The notes under the pieces are model-generated. The model was not told where the DNA came from. It was given only the letters and a program-made list of their open reading frames with translations, and did no database searches. Shown one piece after another: positions 27,401 through 42,400 of a DNA stretch of 64,000 nucleotides. How positions within the stretch are numbered: the stretch's first letter is position 1; the number at the start of each line of letters is the position of its first letter. The position numbers and the translations under genes are program-made. The DNA is from Tubiluchus corallicola (taxonomy: Eukaryota; Animalia; Priapulida), in the NCBI GenBank assembly GCA_030141605.1, contig JAQGDQ010000100.1, positions 248,001-312,000 on the forward strand, read 5' to 3'.

Positions 27401-30400
27401 AAGTAAAAATAAGTCAACTGCTGAATAATTTTTCATCTGGACAAACAGCAATCTGATAAAATTTGCAAGTTAGCCCAGTTAAGTATCCTACATGAATCCT
27501 GCCACTGGTAGTTAATAACTGGTACAGCAATAGATTGCACGAAAACACCAATGTCTCTTAAAAATGGATTCTGGGCCTTTTTGTGCCAATATCATAATTA
27601 TCGTTGTGCAGTGTGTTTTTTTATCACAAACTTAAAGGAATAAGAACAGAATATGATTATTAGCTAGTAAATATTCACACATCTGTGAGTACGTATTTGG
27701 CTTACATCCATAAACTTACATACAGGCAAAAAGAAAAGATTTCACCAAACTGAAGTTTTTTTATTATTCTTAATTTGTATATGTGGAATTTTTTACATTT
27801 AAGAAATCTCCCCATTTAGCTTATTATTTGGCTTCAATACATAACAAATTGCAGAAGAAAATCATCTTTGAAGTCACACGTCATTTTACATGACCCTCCT
27901 GATTACTTTACTCTGTGCTGCCCTGTCGCCTGCTACCTCCCACGTCTCTGTATTTTTGATATCTAATGGTGTGTTGATAAGATCTTTTTGGATGAAACTG
28001 ATGTAAGTCAGCAGCTGCCCTCCTTGCAGTTTCTTTTCTTTCTGCAGTGATTCTTTGAAAGCTAACTTTAATGGACTGTCATCTGGCAAGCTGTCAGCAG
28101 GAGAAAACTTGTCAGGTGAAAAAAACAATATGTCTGTTAACTAGCAATCAACCAATTGATTCATATTCTTTCCTGATTAATTTTCATTTTAAGAAATGTT
28201 AAACATCAGTGGTGTGAGTATGCACCTACAGACAATGCAGTTACAAGCCAACAAAGAAAGGGGCCCCTGAAAATTAATGAATTAAACATACTTTATGACA
28301 GTTTAGCCAGTAAATCTATCTGTATTCAAAACACAATTGCTAATTACAGTTACAGTTAAATTTCACCCATCTTAGGCAACTGTTCTAGCTATAAATCAAG
28401 TCACAGGTCAACTGCTAGATATTTTTTCGCTACAGACACACTATCCAGATGGATTAATACCTTTATTTTGAATTTAAGGGATTTTTTATGTTTAAGAAAT
28501 CTCACAGTGTTTGCATTACTTTTCCCATTGTTAATAAAAGTTGAATTCGAGGATGTCTTTGAATATTATTCACAAATTGCATACCAAATCAGGTAACACA
28601 TAAAGATAAGCTATATATAAGCACGTGAAAGCAGACTAAATTAGAAAATTTGAAAATAATGCCACTCCAATGGGACTAGAACGCAAGAATGACTGCTTTC
28701 CGGAGACCAATGTTTGGAGATTTACAAATTGTTTAAATTTATAAACCACCAACAAAAAACACAGAATGCAGCAAATGAAACAAAATTTATCTTTACATGT
28801 GTGGCTCTATCCTGGATGCCACTGGGAAGGGGACATAGATCGCTGTAGGCTTCGGGGACCTTTAATTACACCAGCAATTTCTTAAAATACAATACGTGTT
28901 TGAGGATAGAGGCGAAGAGGCGTGTTGTGCAAAAGTTGCTGTGCCCCGATTTGCTGGCGAAGCCTTTGAATGTAGTTATGCCACTGTTAAAGAATTGACT
29001 TTGTGAACCCGACAATTAAATAAACTAATTCGTCTTGCTGCTATGCAGATTAAAACTATGGTTAAAAACTGAAAAGAAATTCAAAACCTTACTCTATAAT
29101 GTTAAATACAGCAAGGCAAAAAATATGAGAGCAAATGAAGAGAGGATAGGGATAAAGCTCAAGTTGTATCACCATAATCCTGTGTCGTTCATTATTAAGG
29201 ACCCAAAGGACGAACAAATTAAACTGAAATAAATGAAAATCAGAAGTTGTTTGACTACATTTGTCTATTTTCACTGGACAACATTGGTGAATGACTAAAA
29301 CAAACATATAAATAATAAAAGCTTACAGGTGCTTTTCAACTTCGCCACTTTTCAGTGTGTCCTTCACATCTTTGCTGTTTTCTTGGGCTACCTTTGATCC
29401 AGGAAGGCTAGCAAAGTGCTGCCTAAACATTAGAAAAAAATTTACATTAAAAACATTAAAATTTAGGACTTTGAAAAGAAAGATGACAAATGTAGCTTAC
29501 AAACAATAAGAATCAGTGATAGTACGAACTCAGAATTAATTAAATTTTGATACCAAACTTGAAAAACACAATATTAACAAAAAATAGTACAGCTACGATC
29601 TGAACCCTTCAGTTTACATGGTCACCATGTTCTCAGTGACCAAAGCAGTCCAAATTTCATCTCTTACAGCCGTCCAACCAAATTCAGCAATTTTTGGTGT
29701 TAAATCACTCACGTTTGAGTGTTTTTTTTGCTAAAGACTAATTTTTTATATATTTTGAGCCGGAAATTTCTGGGGTAACCAGGTAATCAATAAATTATTA
29801 CAACTTTAACATGGTAAAAATTACTGTTAATGATGGTACAAACCCACAATTAATTAAGTTTTCATACCAAATTGAAAAACTGGAAAAAATTAATAATTTA
29901 TGATAATTTATTAATTCAATAACAATCAGTTTGAACCTATTTATAGGAAGATAACACTATGGAGCATTCATGATTTTTATGAGCAGTTTAAGATTAGGTT
30001 TCAAACTAGTTACTCTTCATAGCACATCTGTTGTAATACTCACTTGCTCTAACTATGAAACATCTTGTACCAGAATTTGACTGGAAACAGGCAGATTAAA
30101 GTGTTTAGTGCCCAATTGGATCATATTTTATTTAAATTTTAAGTGATTGTGTTAAGTGATTAATTAAGTATAATATGGTCATTTTGTAAGCAATGGTGTA
30201 GTATGAGTGGGGCAACAGAGGCCATTGCCCCGGGTGCAAAATTCTAAAAGAAATAAAGTAGTAACAATAGCACAAATAGCCCACACATAGCACAAAAGCA
30301 AATGGATATACAAGTTAACCCACTTTTGGGGATTTTATTACGTGCAAAGGTTATAACGGAAACTAAAAAAGTAGACTGTGGGATGAAAAGGCACCGGCAG

Positions 30401-33400
30401 CCAGAAAAATGTGCGCATTAGGTTTCAAAAAGTACGCTACATATTTAAAATAAATCTGAGTATACTAGCATTAATACAGTATTTTCCTAAATACAATGCA
30501 TATGCTTGAGGGTTACGGTGAAACTACGCCACTGTTTGTGATCAGAATTTTGCAGACTCTTGACACACACACACAAAGTCAAAACCTAGTTAAATACTAA
30601 AAAAATCTAGTTCAAACTGAGACTGGATTATGTCTAGTCTAATTCTACACCAAAAATGGTCTCAATACAGACTTGGTCCTTTCCCAAGTGAACACCACTC
30701 ATGTGTTCCCTAGTTGCATTCGAAAATGCATATTAAAAAATCAAAACCAATGTAGAAACAACTACACACTTTTAACTTCTGGTATTTGAACGCAAACTGC
30801 TCTCAGTACAGACTTGGTTTACTGAATGAGTGCATGCCGAATGGGGACCAGGTTCTTGCAATATTAGTTTAATACACATAGCAGAAAACAAATTTTAATA
30901 CATTCTACACTGCGAGAAAAAAAACTTACTTCATTAACATTTTCTCATAAGCTGCCATAATCTGATTTGTGTCCTTGTCGGGAGAGGATTGTAAAAGTGG
31001 CTTAAAATATGTTACATTGATATGCGTAAAAGCTTCCTGCATAGAAAAAATATAGATAATTATTGCATCCATATTAACAACAAGGATGTTAATAACAAAA
31101 AAATCAATCAAACTTTAATTCTAGTTTCTAAATATTCAGTCTATTAGCTAAACAGTTACCCGCAGCCACTGGCGGCCATAATGTCCAATCACTTCTTCAA
31201 TGCCAGCACTAGTATGATCAAGTAACTGGAAAAAAATATAATTTTAAAACTTGTTAACAATTTAAAAAACCGCGGCTTGCTACTTTCACAGTAATATTTT
31301 TGTTTTTAACAACTTGTACGATGATGCTAAGTAATACCTAGCAGTGTTCTTCAAATATTTAATAAAAAAAAGGTCATTGCCATACTGTAAAGCTGAAACT
31401 GTAACTAATTGAATGTAATGAAAAAAGGGCCTCATGTATATAGTTATTTGGTTGTATGCTACTGTAGAGATGATGCATAAATATGACACAACAAAAAACG
31501 TGAATACGCACCGCTTGATTTAATTCATCAAACATTCGTTTATCCTTGTGCTTCAGCTGGATTCGGAACAGTTTCACTAACGGTTTTATTGTTATTCCCT
31601 GTAGAAATGTGACAATGTTACACAACAACAATGCAAAACAATAAAGGAAACAGCGATACAACATAAAACTAAAACACCTTATTAAAAACAAAGATGCCAA
31701 AGTGTAATGAAATGATATTTTAATATGTAAACTAAAATAGTCTAAAATGTGAATCCATGAATAACCACCATGCATTCACAATTTAAAAGTTTAGGGTTGA
31801 ATGTGAATTTCTAATTTATAAACAAGTAAAAGTTAACTAGCTGGGAAAGAAATGCTGTAAAGGTAAATACAGGTAGATGCTGACATAATAAATGCTGGTG
31901 AAAAGTAGAGTGTCAGAAAATATGTAAGCAAGCAGTAGAATGTCAAAAATAAGGTACAAATAAAAGGTGGACACTTAAAGAGAACATAGAGATGCAAGAC
32001 ACGAGCAAAAAGTATTTCTATGTTAAAAAAAACAGACACTCAACTGTAAATTTATATAAAAAAAGAGGTAGTCAAAAAGCAGGTGTTCCATACATCGAGT
32101 CCAGGCAGCTAATTTTCATATTTGATTACTTTCAAGCTGCTCACCAACATGACGAAAAAATGCACATTTCTGGACAGTGACAAGTTTAGTGAGTCAAATA
32201 TGACTTGCTCCTAAATCAAGCAATGAACAGTCTGAGTTGCTGGCCTTGGTAATGGTCTAAAACTAGTTTGTCTTAATCGTCTATGCAATTACACTGCTTC
32301 ATATACAATTTGCAGTGTATGTAATGAATGATTTGGTTTATAAATACCTGTTTGCAAACTTTGTACTTGGTCAGTCTTTCTAGCTTTGGTATAGTTGAAC
32401 GTCTGTCCAAAATTTTCTTTTCATTTGATATATGTTTATACGTTTGTATGTTTTTGAGTCAGAATAATTGTTAGTCTCATCGATACGTTAGATTACTAAT
32501 TATTTTAAATTTTAGGTTTAACTGCATGCAGTTCATCAGTATTACTAATCCCGCTTTATACAGTTTAATTATCATTCATTTCTCATTGTATGCTTGTATT
32601 GTGTTCATGACATAATAATTTGATAATTGCTATATTGTCTAGTCAGGTAAATATAAATTTAGACCTAAAGTAAGTCTTCATCTTTTATTTGCAGCTTGAA
32701 TACCAACAGTACGCTACAACACACTTCTAATAAATTTCTATTTCTGTTTAAAATATAGTCTATTTAAATTTTTGTGCCGTTAGTTTATGGCAGAATCTTC
32801 GGCAACTTTCACCAGCTCTTCCAACCTTTCCATTTTTTATGATAAGAAAGCCATCACTAAAGACATCCACTACCTTCTTCTGTCTTTTCCGTCACAAATG
32901 CTTTGCTATGCTAACTGATCCATTAGCTTACAAGCATTAAGTGTGATTATGATTTTTATTTACTGTTGTATAAAAGCTTCACTATGATTCGTCGGTTCAA
33001 CCATCTCCCAGCGCTTTAAATGCTATATCACTAACAATCAAACATAACTACCTGTACAAACACTGTAAAAATGATGACGGCCATTGTAGTTGTAAGTATC
33101 ATATTGTAATACGGATCAGGAACGCTGAGTGAAGCAGCAAGTGAGAAACATACTGCACCCCGCAAACCACCATAGCTCTAAAATAGGAAAAAATTGAGCG
33201 ATTACAAACATGAACACATGAAACACTGTGAAGAAATGTGCTTTCAGGGTCTTAGTTATAAAGCCTTAGTTACTTGTGCACCCAGCATACACAACATTAA
33301 ACATATACATTTTTTTAATGCCATGCTAAGCATCCAACAGAGTTTTTTGTGTCTAGTGGGTCAGGTGTAACTCCTATGTTTTACACCAGTATTGGAATGT

Positions 33401-36400
33401 TCCTCCGAAAGTTTTAAATTAAAGAGCTTAATTGGCCTTAAATTCAAATTATAGCTGCACCACTCTCGGTATATACTGGAGTTTGTAATGAGTGGCAGCA
33501 AACCAAAAGACTCCCCCTCTGACTTTGCAGTAGACAAACTTGCAGACTAATGAGCAAATTCTTCGTTTTTGCAAATGAATCATGTACTGATAACAAACAA
33601 ATCACTTACTGTGATAAACATATCTTCTATATGAATTGCCTTAGACAAATCTACTCGATTCACTAGGTATGACAACAGAAATGTAGCTGAAAATTAATCA
33701 AACAAAGATTACTACACCTTTAATTACCCAGATTCAATAATATAGGAAAAACTCTTAATAATGTCAGAATCAAATTCGGATAGCCAACGACTTACAATGT
33801 TCCTATACAGCACACTCCTTAGGCTGAAACAGCCCCATTAGCTAAGACGGATTAGACAATGGCTGTTTCAACTGTTAAGTTCAGTTCCTCTAATAATTTG
33901 AAATTTCAATAAGAAAAATATGAACAAAATAAAACATGTATTTGAGTAAGCCCTGCCTTTGAGTGTTTTAGAGCATGCAATGTGCCAAAGTGCATAAAAA
34001 ACAAAATAAGATTTTGCAGATTAACAAACAAAAGGCACAAAAAAGCAGGAAATCCTGTGACGTAATGTACTGGATGCTCATATATTTTGACTGTTTAGTG
34101 AAGAGTTTAGGTTATTCATTAAAACATTCATTTTGCTGATTTGTTGGTAAACTCAGCAGAAAACTCTTTACTTACTAGCAAATCGAAATATAAGGCAAAG
34201 GAAGATTGTCCATAAAACAAAACCCGTATGCCAAATATGATGATCATGCACCAAAGCCAAGCCAAGAAACAGAAAAATGATCATATCTGCAGCTGCGCTG
34301 AAAATTACAAACACTTTCTAGAGTCTGCTAAGTAGAAAATAGTGTGTAGGTTAACACTATAGCAACCAACCAGCTACCATAAATGTTAGTTCCTTCTGGA
34401 GAAGACCCAACTTCGTCTCGCCGCATTTACCTTTTCTTTTCTTACCATTTTTTTATTTCTGAACACTTTAAAAAGTGAATGAAAGAATAGTGAATGAAGT
34501 GAATGAATTTAAAGAGTATCATGAAAGAATTACAAAAACAAGAACTGTAAACTGTATAAATGGACTATTGTAGAGAAAGCAGTTAAAAAAGGCATTCAAT
34601 AATTATTATGACACTGATAGAAAACATACCTTAACATTTTACTGTTCACTTTCACAGCCGTAGCCGATTTGAAAGAAATATTGTTCACCGCATATTCTGC
34701 CTGCACAATTGCACAAGCTATAATACTAACCAAAAAAAAAATGTATTAATTTCAAGCACAGAAATAGCTGGCGCGATTTCAAAAACCTCTTTAGATGGAG
34801 CTGTAAACAAAATGTGGAAAACAAAAGACTTCTCAGCCATCAGCAAATACTATAAAAATAAAGAGAGGCATTTCTTATCATGTTTCATATGCAAGCTCGA
34901 ACAACTCCCAATTTACCAATACCTCTATAAACCATCTGGTCTTACTATTTAGTGAACATTCCATGCTTAAGTGAGACATAATATTTAGAGTAATGCAGGT
35001 GTCCAAATGCACCTTCAACTGTTTTTTCTGCAATCGAGTGCCACAGTTCCCAAATGGGGATTAAAAGAATGATTACACAGGTATAACATCAGCCTATGCT
35101 TAGATAAGACATGAAACAACTCAGCAGTTCAAACTACCTCTTGGATTTTTTAACAAGCGAGCTTGGGAGCACAGAAACTTAAGTACAGGAACTTCCTAAC
35201 TGTTTTTTAAGCAAACTGGTTAATCACTTCAAAGAAGAGCATTGGCCACACTTAAGTAAATGGCTACTGAGTTAAACGTTGTACTTAGTAAAGCATTATT
35301 TAGATCCAGGAAGACGTTAATGTTCAATATTACCTAATGATTCCAGAGAAGTGAAAAAGCTCTGCTACAAGGTAGGAAGAGTAGGCTAACCCAAGCATCA
35401 ACAATGGCTCTACAACTGAAACAAAATGATTACGGGATTAGTCAGTGCAGTTTAATCACGAAAAATTAACAGAACAGGCCCTATGAGAAGATTAAAACCT
35501 TATCATTACATATTATTTTTGTCTCACATAATACTGACCTAAAACATAACTGAACTTAACTCTCATTGGCAATTGGGTGCTTCAATAGTGGTGTTTCTAA
35601 CTACAATAGGTGCTGCTTAATAAACTCACTTTGGAATGAGTGTTTTGACCCAATTAACCGACTGATGTAGTGTATTACTACTATAGAAGTATGAGTTATC
35701 ACTCATCACCTTAGTATGCACTGCAAAGGCTTTAAATGAATTTTAGAAACGAATTAATGTCAAAATTCCTATGTGCAATTATTTAAGAATACTAATTTAT
35801 ACAATTGAATTGATAAAAAAGAAAATAAAATTATCCCACAAATCTGATTATTATTACTAAAAATTACAAAAATTCAAGCAAGGTCTGTTGCTTCATTTCT
35901 TCACAAAGAAGTTGGTTCATGAAATTCTTATAATGATAAAAACGTTTAAAATCTATTGCTGTGTGCTGCAAGTATTAACGCAAAACACCTAGTAACCTAG
36001 TGCTTGAGCTGCAGTTCGTGATTACCTTGTTTCCAGGGTGAAAAACGAAAAGTAGTGGGAGCTTCAAAAGCAAACGGCTAGGCAATTAAATGTTTAGCTT
36101 CCAGAAACAACGAGGTTAATTACAGCAGATGAACGGGTGACAGATTTAAAGCAACACCGCTTACGCTAAGCTATTAGCATATGTAATAAAGGTACTGTAC
36201 CTGCTTACAAACAAAGCTGTACCTAAAATGTTTCTATGTATATTATAGTGCACAAAATCGAGATAAAGATGACATAAAAACAGTAAAAGCTCTTTGGGCA
36301 TACACAAGTGTCTTATTTTAAGTTCATGAAGGAAAATATTGAGTCAATCATGCGTATTAACTTGAATCAATTACCGACAGTTTTTATATACATTTAAATA

Positions 36401-39400
36401 GGAGCGGCCCATACCAGACATTTTTGAGTCAATTAGGCGAATGATTCTATTAACCATGAGTCTAATAAATGATGCCTGCTATAGAACAAAACATGAATTA
36501 TAAGGGATTTGCTGAATATGTCTGAAAGACTCACTAGTGTCCTCTAACTCAGTGAGTTGTTCAAAAGTATGTCAACTCTAGTGTGAAATTCTCTTACATA
36601 GGTGTTTCAAAAACATTCAATATCAGGCTTAATAGAGAAAATTACACTGTGTGTAAGAAAAAAATTTAACAAAAAACACTATGACTAAGACACAGGCATT
36701 ATCAAAAATAATTTGGTATAAGTAATAATTTAGAAGTTAATTAGATAACAGAAACTGCAAACACAGATTATTCTTAATGACAAGAATAGTAAAGGTTTTT
36801 TTAATAGAATTTGAAGAAGGGGAAACAAATTAAACATCATTTTTAGAAAAAGACTTTAAATTTTACGTTGCTGCCATTTATTATCTTTACAAAATGTCAA
36901 TTAGAAAACTTTTAATAAAAACATGAAATGAGAAATACATTACACATGACACAGGGTAAGTTGTGCTACCTCTGACATGTTCAGTATACTTGGTAGACAG
37001 TGATGTGATGAAACCATGTATTAAACCAATCAGCAGACCACCCAAGCTCACAGTGAAAAATGATGCAATGCCCAATCCAATCTAAAATGCGAAATTCTAA
37101 TCGTCAGACATTTTGTTTATGTTAGAGACGAGTCTAAAGAAATAGTGTGATTGTTAACTTGATTGTCAAAAACGAAGCAATCAACTGGTCATTTTGAAAA
37201 TTATTTTTGCATACTAGTTCAAATTATTTAAAACAGCATATGATTAAATTAAATATACATTCATATACTTTACCGCACTTGGAAAAAAGCAGAATCAGGA
37301 TCATATGTCTAATAATTATAGGTAAATGGTTTGTCAGTAAATCAATTAAAATGGGCAGATTACACACTGCACTATCATGTCAAGTTACGATAAATTTCAG
37401 ACAATTATTTTGCGATTGGACAGTGCATAAATTTGTGTACCTGAGTAGCATCAATTTGGTCCATTTTCAAAAATGCAGTCATCACGTTATATAGCACAAC
37501 AGTCACTGCATCTAGAAAATTAAGATATGACAATTACAGTTAAATATAATTAAAATGAAGCAAAAATGGTGCTCAGATAATAATAACATGCATAAAGAAG
37601 TAAAGACAGAGATAAGGCAGGCACACAGCCAATTAATGTAAAGGCAAGATTACAAATTAAAAAACTGCTGCATTAGGAAGCAAAGAGAAACAAAGGCAAG
37701 GTTAACCTTTTTAAAACACTCCAGGCACTGCCTGAGTTAAAGGGAAAGCAAGATTACCATTTAAAAGACTTTCTCCAAAAACAAGAAAGTAAAGCATGTT
37801 GTTCACACCAAGTTCTTGAAAGATTGCTAACACCTGTTAAGAAAATAAAGTAAGTATAAAACAAGTGTAAAAGCCAAATAGATGCACATGCAAAGCCAGG
37901 AACAACCACAAAACTTTAAAAACTTAAGTTTATCCATTAGATTTTTTAAGAGCTAATTTGGAACTCATTTCAAAAGCACATCTCAATTTTCAACAATTTG
38001 AAAAAATCTGATATATGTTTTTGCAGCTGTGGATCTAGAATTCTGCATCCTTAGCTACAAGATGTAATGGATTGTAACCAATAAAATAACACTCAATTGG
38101 ATTAGAAAGAAACACTGAAAATCTGAAAATTGTAATAGAACCAGAAGAGTAATTTGTTCATGCTTTTCTAAACAAAATTAATTTTTAACAAGTTTGTATG
38201 CGAAAATGTGTTCCTCTTCCAAACACAAAAGCAAATCAAGAATTTCAATTTTTTGAAACACAATTTTGAATGGTAAGTTACTGAATGACAAAACCAAATT
38301 TCAGTATCAATTAATGGAATAATTTAACCTGGATTACAACCTCATATCAAGCAGTGCAGCGTATTACTATTTATCACTCGACAAAAAATAATAGTTAACC
38401 ATTTTGCAAATAAACAAATTAATATACAATATTATACATAATTAATATACATCTATGTGAACATATAGATGAAAGCAAAAAGTATGCTTAAAGTGAAAAT
38501 ATGTCTACAACTCACAGCAACAGGGTCAACAGCAGCTATTAATGAACTAAATGTCAGGCAAAGGCGAAGTGGAAGTTGCAGATCTCCCATAGCCCCAGCA
38601 GCTGATAAACCATATAGAGCAGGACCTGTATAATAACAAAAAATATTCAGCAAAATATAAGAGCAAATAACCCAGTCATGTGCTCTTGAATTTATAATTG
38701 TCAAGTCAGTCATTATGAATCATGAGTTGATTTTCCTTCTTCCCTAGTGAAGAATGTTCCGTCTATGACTTTTACCTAGTAATATTATGACTGCAACAAA
38801 TTTCACATTCGTTGCACATGATTATTACCAATGAGTGTATCCATTTTCTTGGATGACTGAGGTTTGTTCTTGGAGTACCATATGCTGGCATTGATCGTTG
38901 GGTTTTATTCGGTGGTGCACTTTTCTGTTGGGAATTAAACTGATAGCCTATTGTTTGGGATCAAAAATTTGCAAATTTTCAGTCGCTTGCAGGTCTAATC
39001 TTTATTGGATGTGGTATGCCCAAATTCAGTTTCAAGGAATTTCAGCAATCTTAAGAAAATTTCAACAATCTTTGAAACACCTTCAGGAATCTTAAGAAAA
39101 TCTTAGCAATTTTATGTGTTACCTATGTAAAACTCTATCCGAAGGAGCCATATTTACGTAGTTTTATGCTTAAAGAAAAACCAGCCTTCAAACAACATTC
39201 ACTGTATCTTAATATACATGCAAAAATATTATATTGAAATAAAACTGACGCGATATTTACTTAAGCAACCAACCTGTGATCGACAAGAAAAGTATTCAAT
39301 GATCACCATTAAAAACTAACCACAACTGCTTGCCTGTAAACCAGCTAATAATTAACTCAACAAACACTAAAAATACAAAGTTACATGAATATAACACTAT

Positions 39401-42400
39401 ACACTGCAGAAAAATTAAGCTCAGATTATCAGCAACTTGTTTGTATATAAGTCACTATACACTGCAAAAACTGAGTCCTTCACATCTACTATGTAGAGTT
39501 AAGGAAGAAAAAATGATGAAGAACTAAAACTCTCAGAGTCATGAAAGGATGCTCTCAAATGAATCAGATTCCTTGCACCATAATAATTATATACTCACCA
39601 ATCGTGAATATGTTAATCAGTGTTCCAATAACAGCATAAACAAGAACTGTGCCAAGGTTGTCGGAAAACACTCTATTGTGCAAGGAATAGCCAGACTCTA
39701 ACACTATGCTGAGAAAAAAAGATCGTCTAAATATATACCAAACATTCAAGATCTGATTTCATGACAAACCAAAAGAAGCATTATTTATATAATTAAAAAT
39801 TAATTAAAAAATCCCACAATTAAGAAATGCGGGAAAAAGTTCTACATTTGTTTGTGTTATTATTTATATAAGCTTAGTTTGTAGAAAATTTACATAGTTT
39901 CAAGAGCAATATGGATAAACTTTCTGTTAATACTTCAAGTACTGTTGACAGTGTATCAAGTGAAATCATTATCAAATGTTACCAAAGAAAGTTACTTCAC
40001 ATTTTCATTTCCACCAAGTATGATATGTTTTCATCACTATCATTTGTTTGTCTGTTTGTTAGCAGCATCATGCAAAAGTGACTTAACCGATTACCACAGA
40101 ACTGTGTGACGGATGGTCATGAGACAAGAAAGAATCCATTAAATTTTGGTGCTGATTTGGGGCCAGGATTTTGCCATACATCAATTTTGTAATTCAATGC
40201 CAAATTCTTATATGTTGTGTTATCTATGTGACATATTTAAAGTTTGTAAAAAATACAAACCTGCAGATTTTTTTAATTGCTTGTTTACACATACATATTT
40301 TAAATATTCACTCTAGCATGTGTGGTAGTAAAAGAGAAATGAATCTGTCCAAAATATGCTTTTAGCTACAATAATTCAATTTACATCTTGGCAAACAATA
40401 CAGATGAATTCACATAATGAATATAAATGTCATATGATACTTAAGTTATAGCTTGTAACAGATAAATAATACTTACGGCGGCAAAAGATAAAGAAAAAAT
40501 AGTGTATCTGTAAATATTGGAAACTGCCTAGTCGAACCAGTAAAACTGAAAATTAAAAATGCAACAAGCTGATCCAATTCTCAAATTTAATGTTTAAATT
40601 AGAGCGGTGTTAGTTGCAGGTAAACAAAACATTTTACTTGTTAAAAAGATCTGACTATGACAGGACTGATCGAGAGCCACTTTATATGCTTAGTGATCAA
40701 AGTTAAGTAACACTGGCTGGTCAGTAAATGGATGGGTGATCATCAAGTTCAATATTTGGTCTGGGCACCGTAATGAGTCTAACTATTTGCATTGTTAAAG
40801 GAAGGTGTATTCACATTCGAAAGTAGCTGAGACACCTAGTGCTGCCAGTTCATTGTCTTGGCTTACAGCATTAGCATTAATAATGAGTTAGGTTCCAGTC
40901 CTGCAACACGTATTCAAATGTGGGACAGACAAATTGTAGTTTCAAACGATTAAAAGATTTTATGCATTTACAATTGTGAAGTTGCAATTTTAATTTCTGA
41001 CTACAAACACAATTAAAATCAACAACACATATATCATATTAAAACGAAATATTCTAATCATCTCTTTGCATTATTGATGAAGCCATAAAACAGCAAACAT
41101 TTCAGAAAAAAGCTTCACAAAATGTACATGCAAATATGTTGCTATCTCATTGCCTAATATGTACTTACTAAACAGAAAATTTGTCATGCTGATTATATTA
41201 TGACATGGGGTGGATTTAAAAAAACTACAAAACAGTAATTTGAAAAGTTAATATACTCACAACACAACTAAGCCCACTAACGTCCCCAAAACTATGAGCA
41301 CACTGAAAAATAATATGAAAAATGCAACTGTTGGTCACACCATTCAATAATCCATTTTAGAAACATTACAAGGCTGACCACCTTAAGGAGTGCACGGTAG
41401 CTTATAAAATAAAAACTGACTTAATGTTAGTCACTAATAACAGTTAAACAACAGATAGCATTTACATTAATGTCTACATTAATACATTAATGTCTATACA
41501 TTTATTGTAATCATGCTGTAGTAGGTGAAATTATCGATTGATTACTTATTACCACCAAATGTGTTGCAATCGGTTGCCTTTCCTCCAATGCTCATTTTAA
41601 AGCAAACAGCAGGCACCCTTAATTATTTGTGTCAACGTGCTTGCAGGATCTTGTGCAAAATGCTGATATCCATGACACGCTAATTAAAATTAGAATTTCA
41701 TGTATACTAATAATCAGACATATTATTTGAACTTACCAAGATTCCGGAACATGCTTTGCTAAAATTCCACCATGATGAAATGCTAGAAGAAACGACAAAG
41801 AAAAGAGATTGTGGTATCATGCAAGCGATATTCTAATATATGTATTGGCACAGATTCACAAAAGCTGATCAAGCAGAGGCCAACAAAGAAGGCTTGATCA
41901 TGCAGAGGCCAACAAAGAAGGCTTGATCATGCAGAGGCCAACAAAGAAGGCTTGATCATGCAGAGGCCAACAAAGAAGACTATTTAGATTAGCACACTTT
42001 TAAGACAACTGATGAAATTCCATCATACCAAGGAGCTTTCCTTAGGTCTAGGATCAAGAGTTTCTGAATGTGATGAAAAGATCAATTGGAAATTTCAGAA
42101 TTGGTTTAGGGTGGAAATAAGGGAAGTTATCTCTGCTGCTTTAAAACTCTGGGCATGCATTTTGGCTTTGTGAAGGAAGAGGTAAAAATTTCAGATGCAC
42201 TGAACAAAAAAATTATAACAAATTTACTGCAACTGAGAACATTTACAGGGCCGTAGTCGGCTTTTGAAAAGTGGTCCGGCCACAGATACGGAACAGGTAG
42301 AAAAAGAATACAGCAGCAACATATAGAAGAGTATATTATAATTTATAATACAGAGTTATAATATAATAGAGCACTACACATACTCAATGATGACATGATT

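Noticed and set aside
41865-41978. 29-bp direct repeats as a possible CRISPR array
   Set aside because: Units are head-to-tail with no unique spacers, the context is eukaryotic and there are no cas genes.
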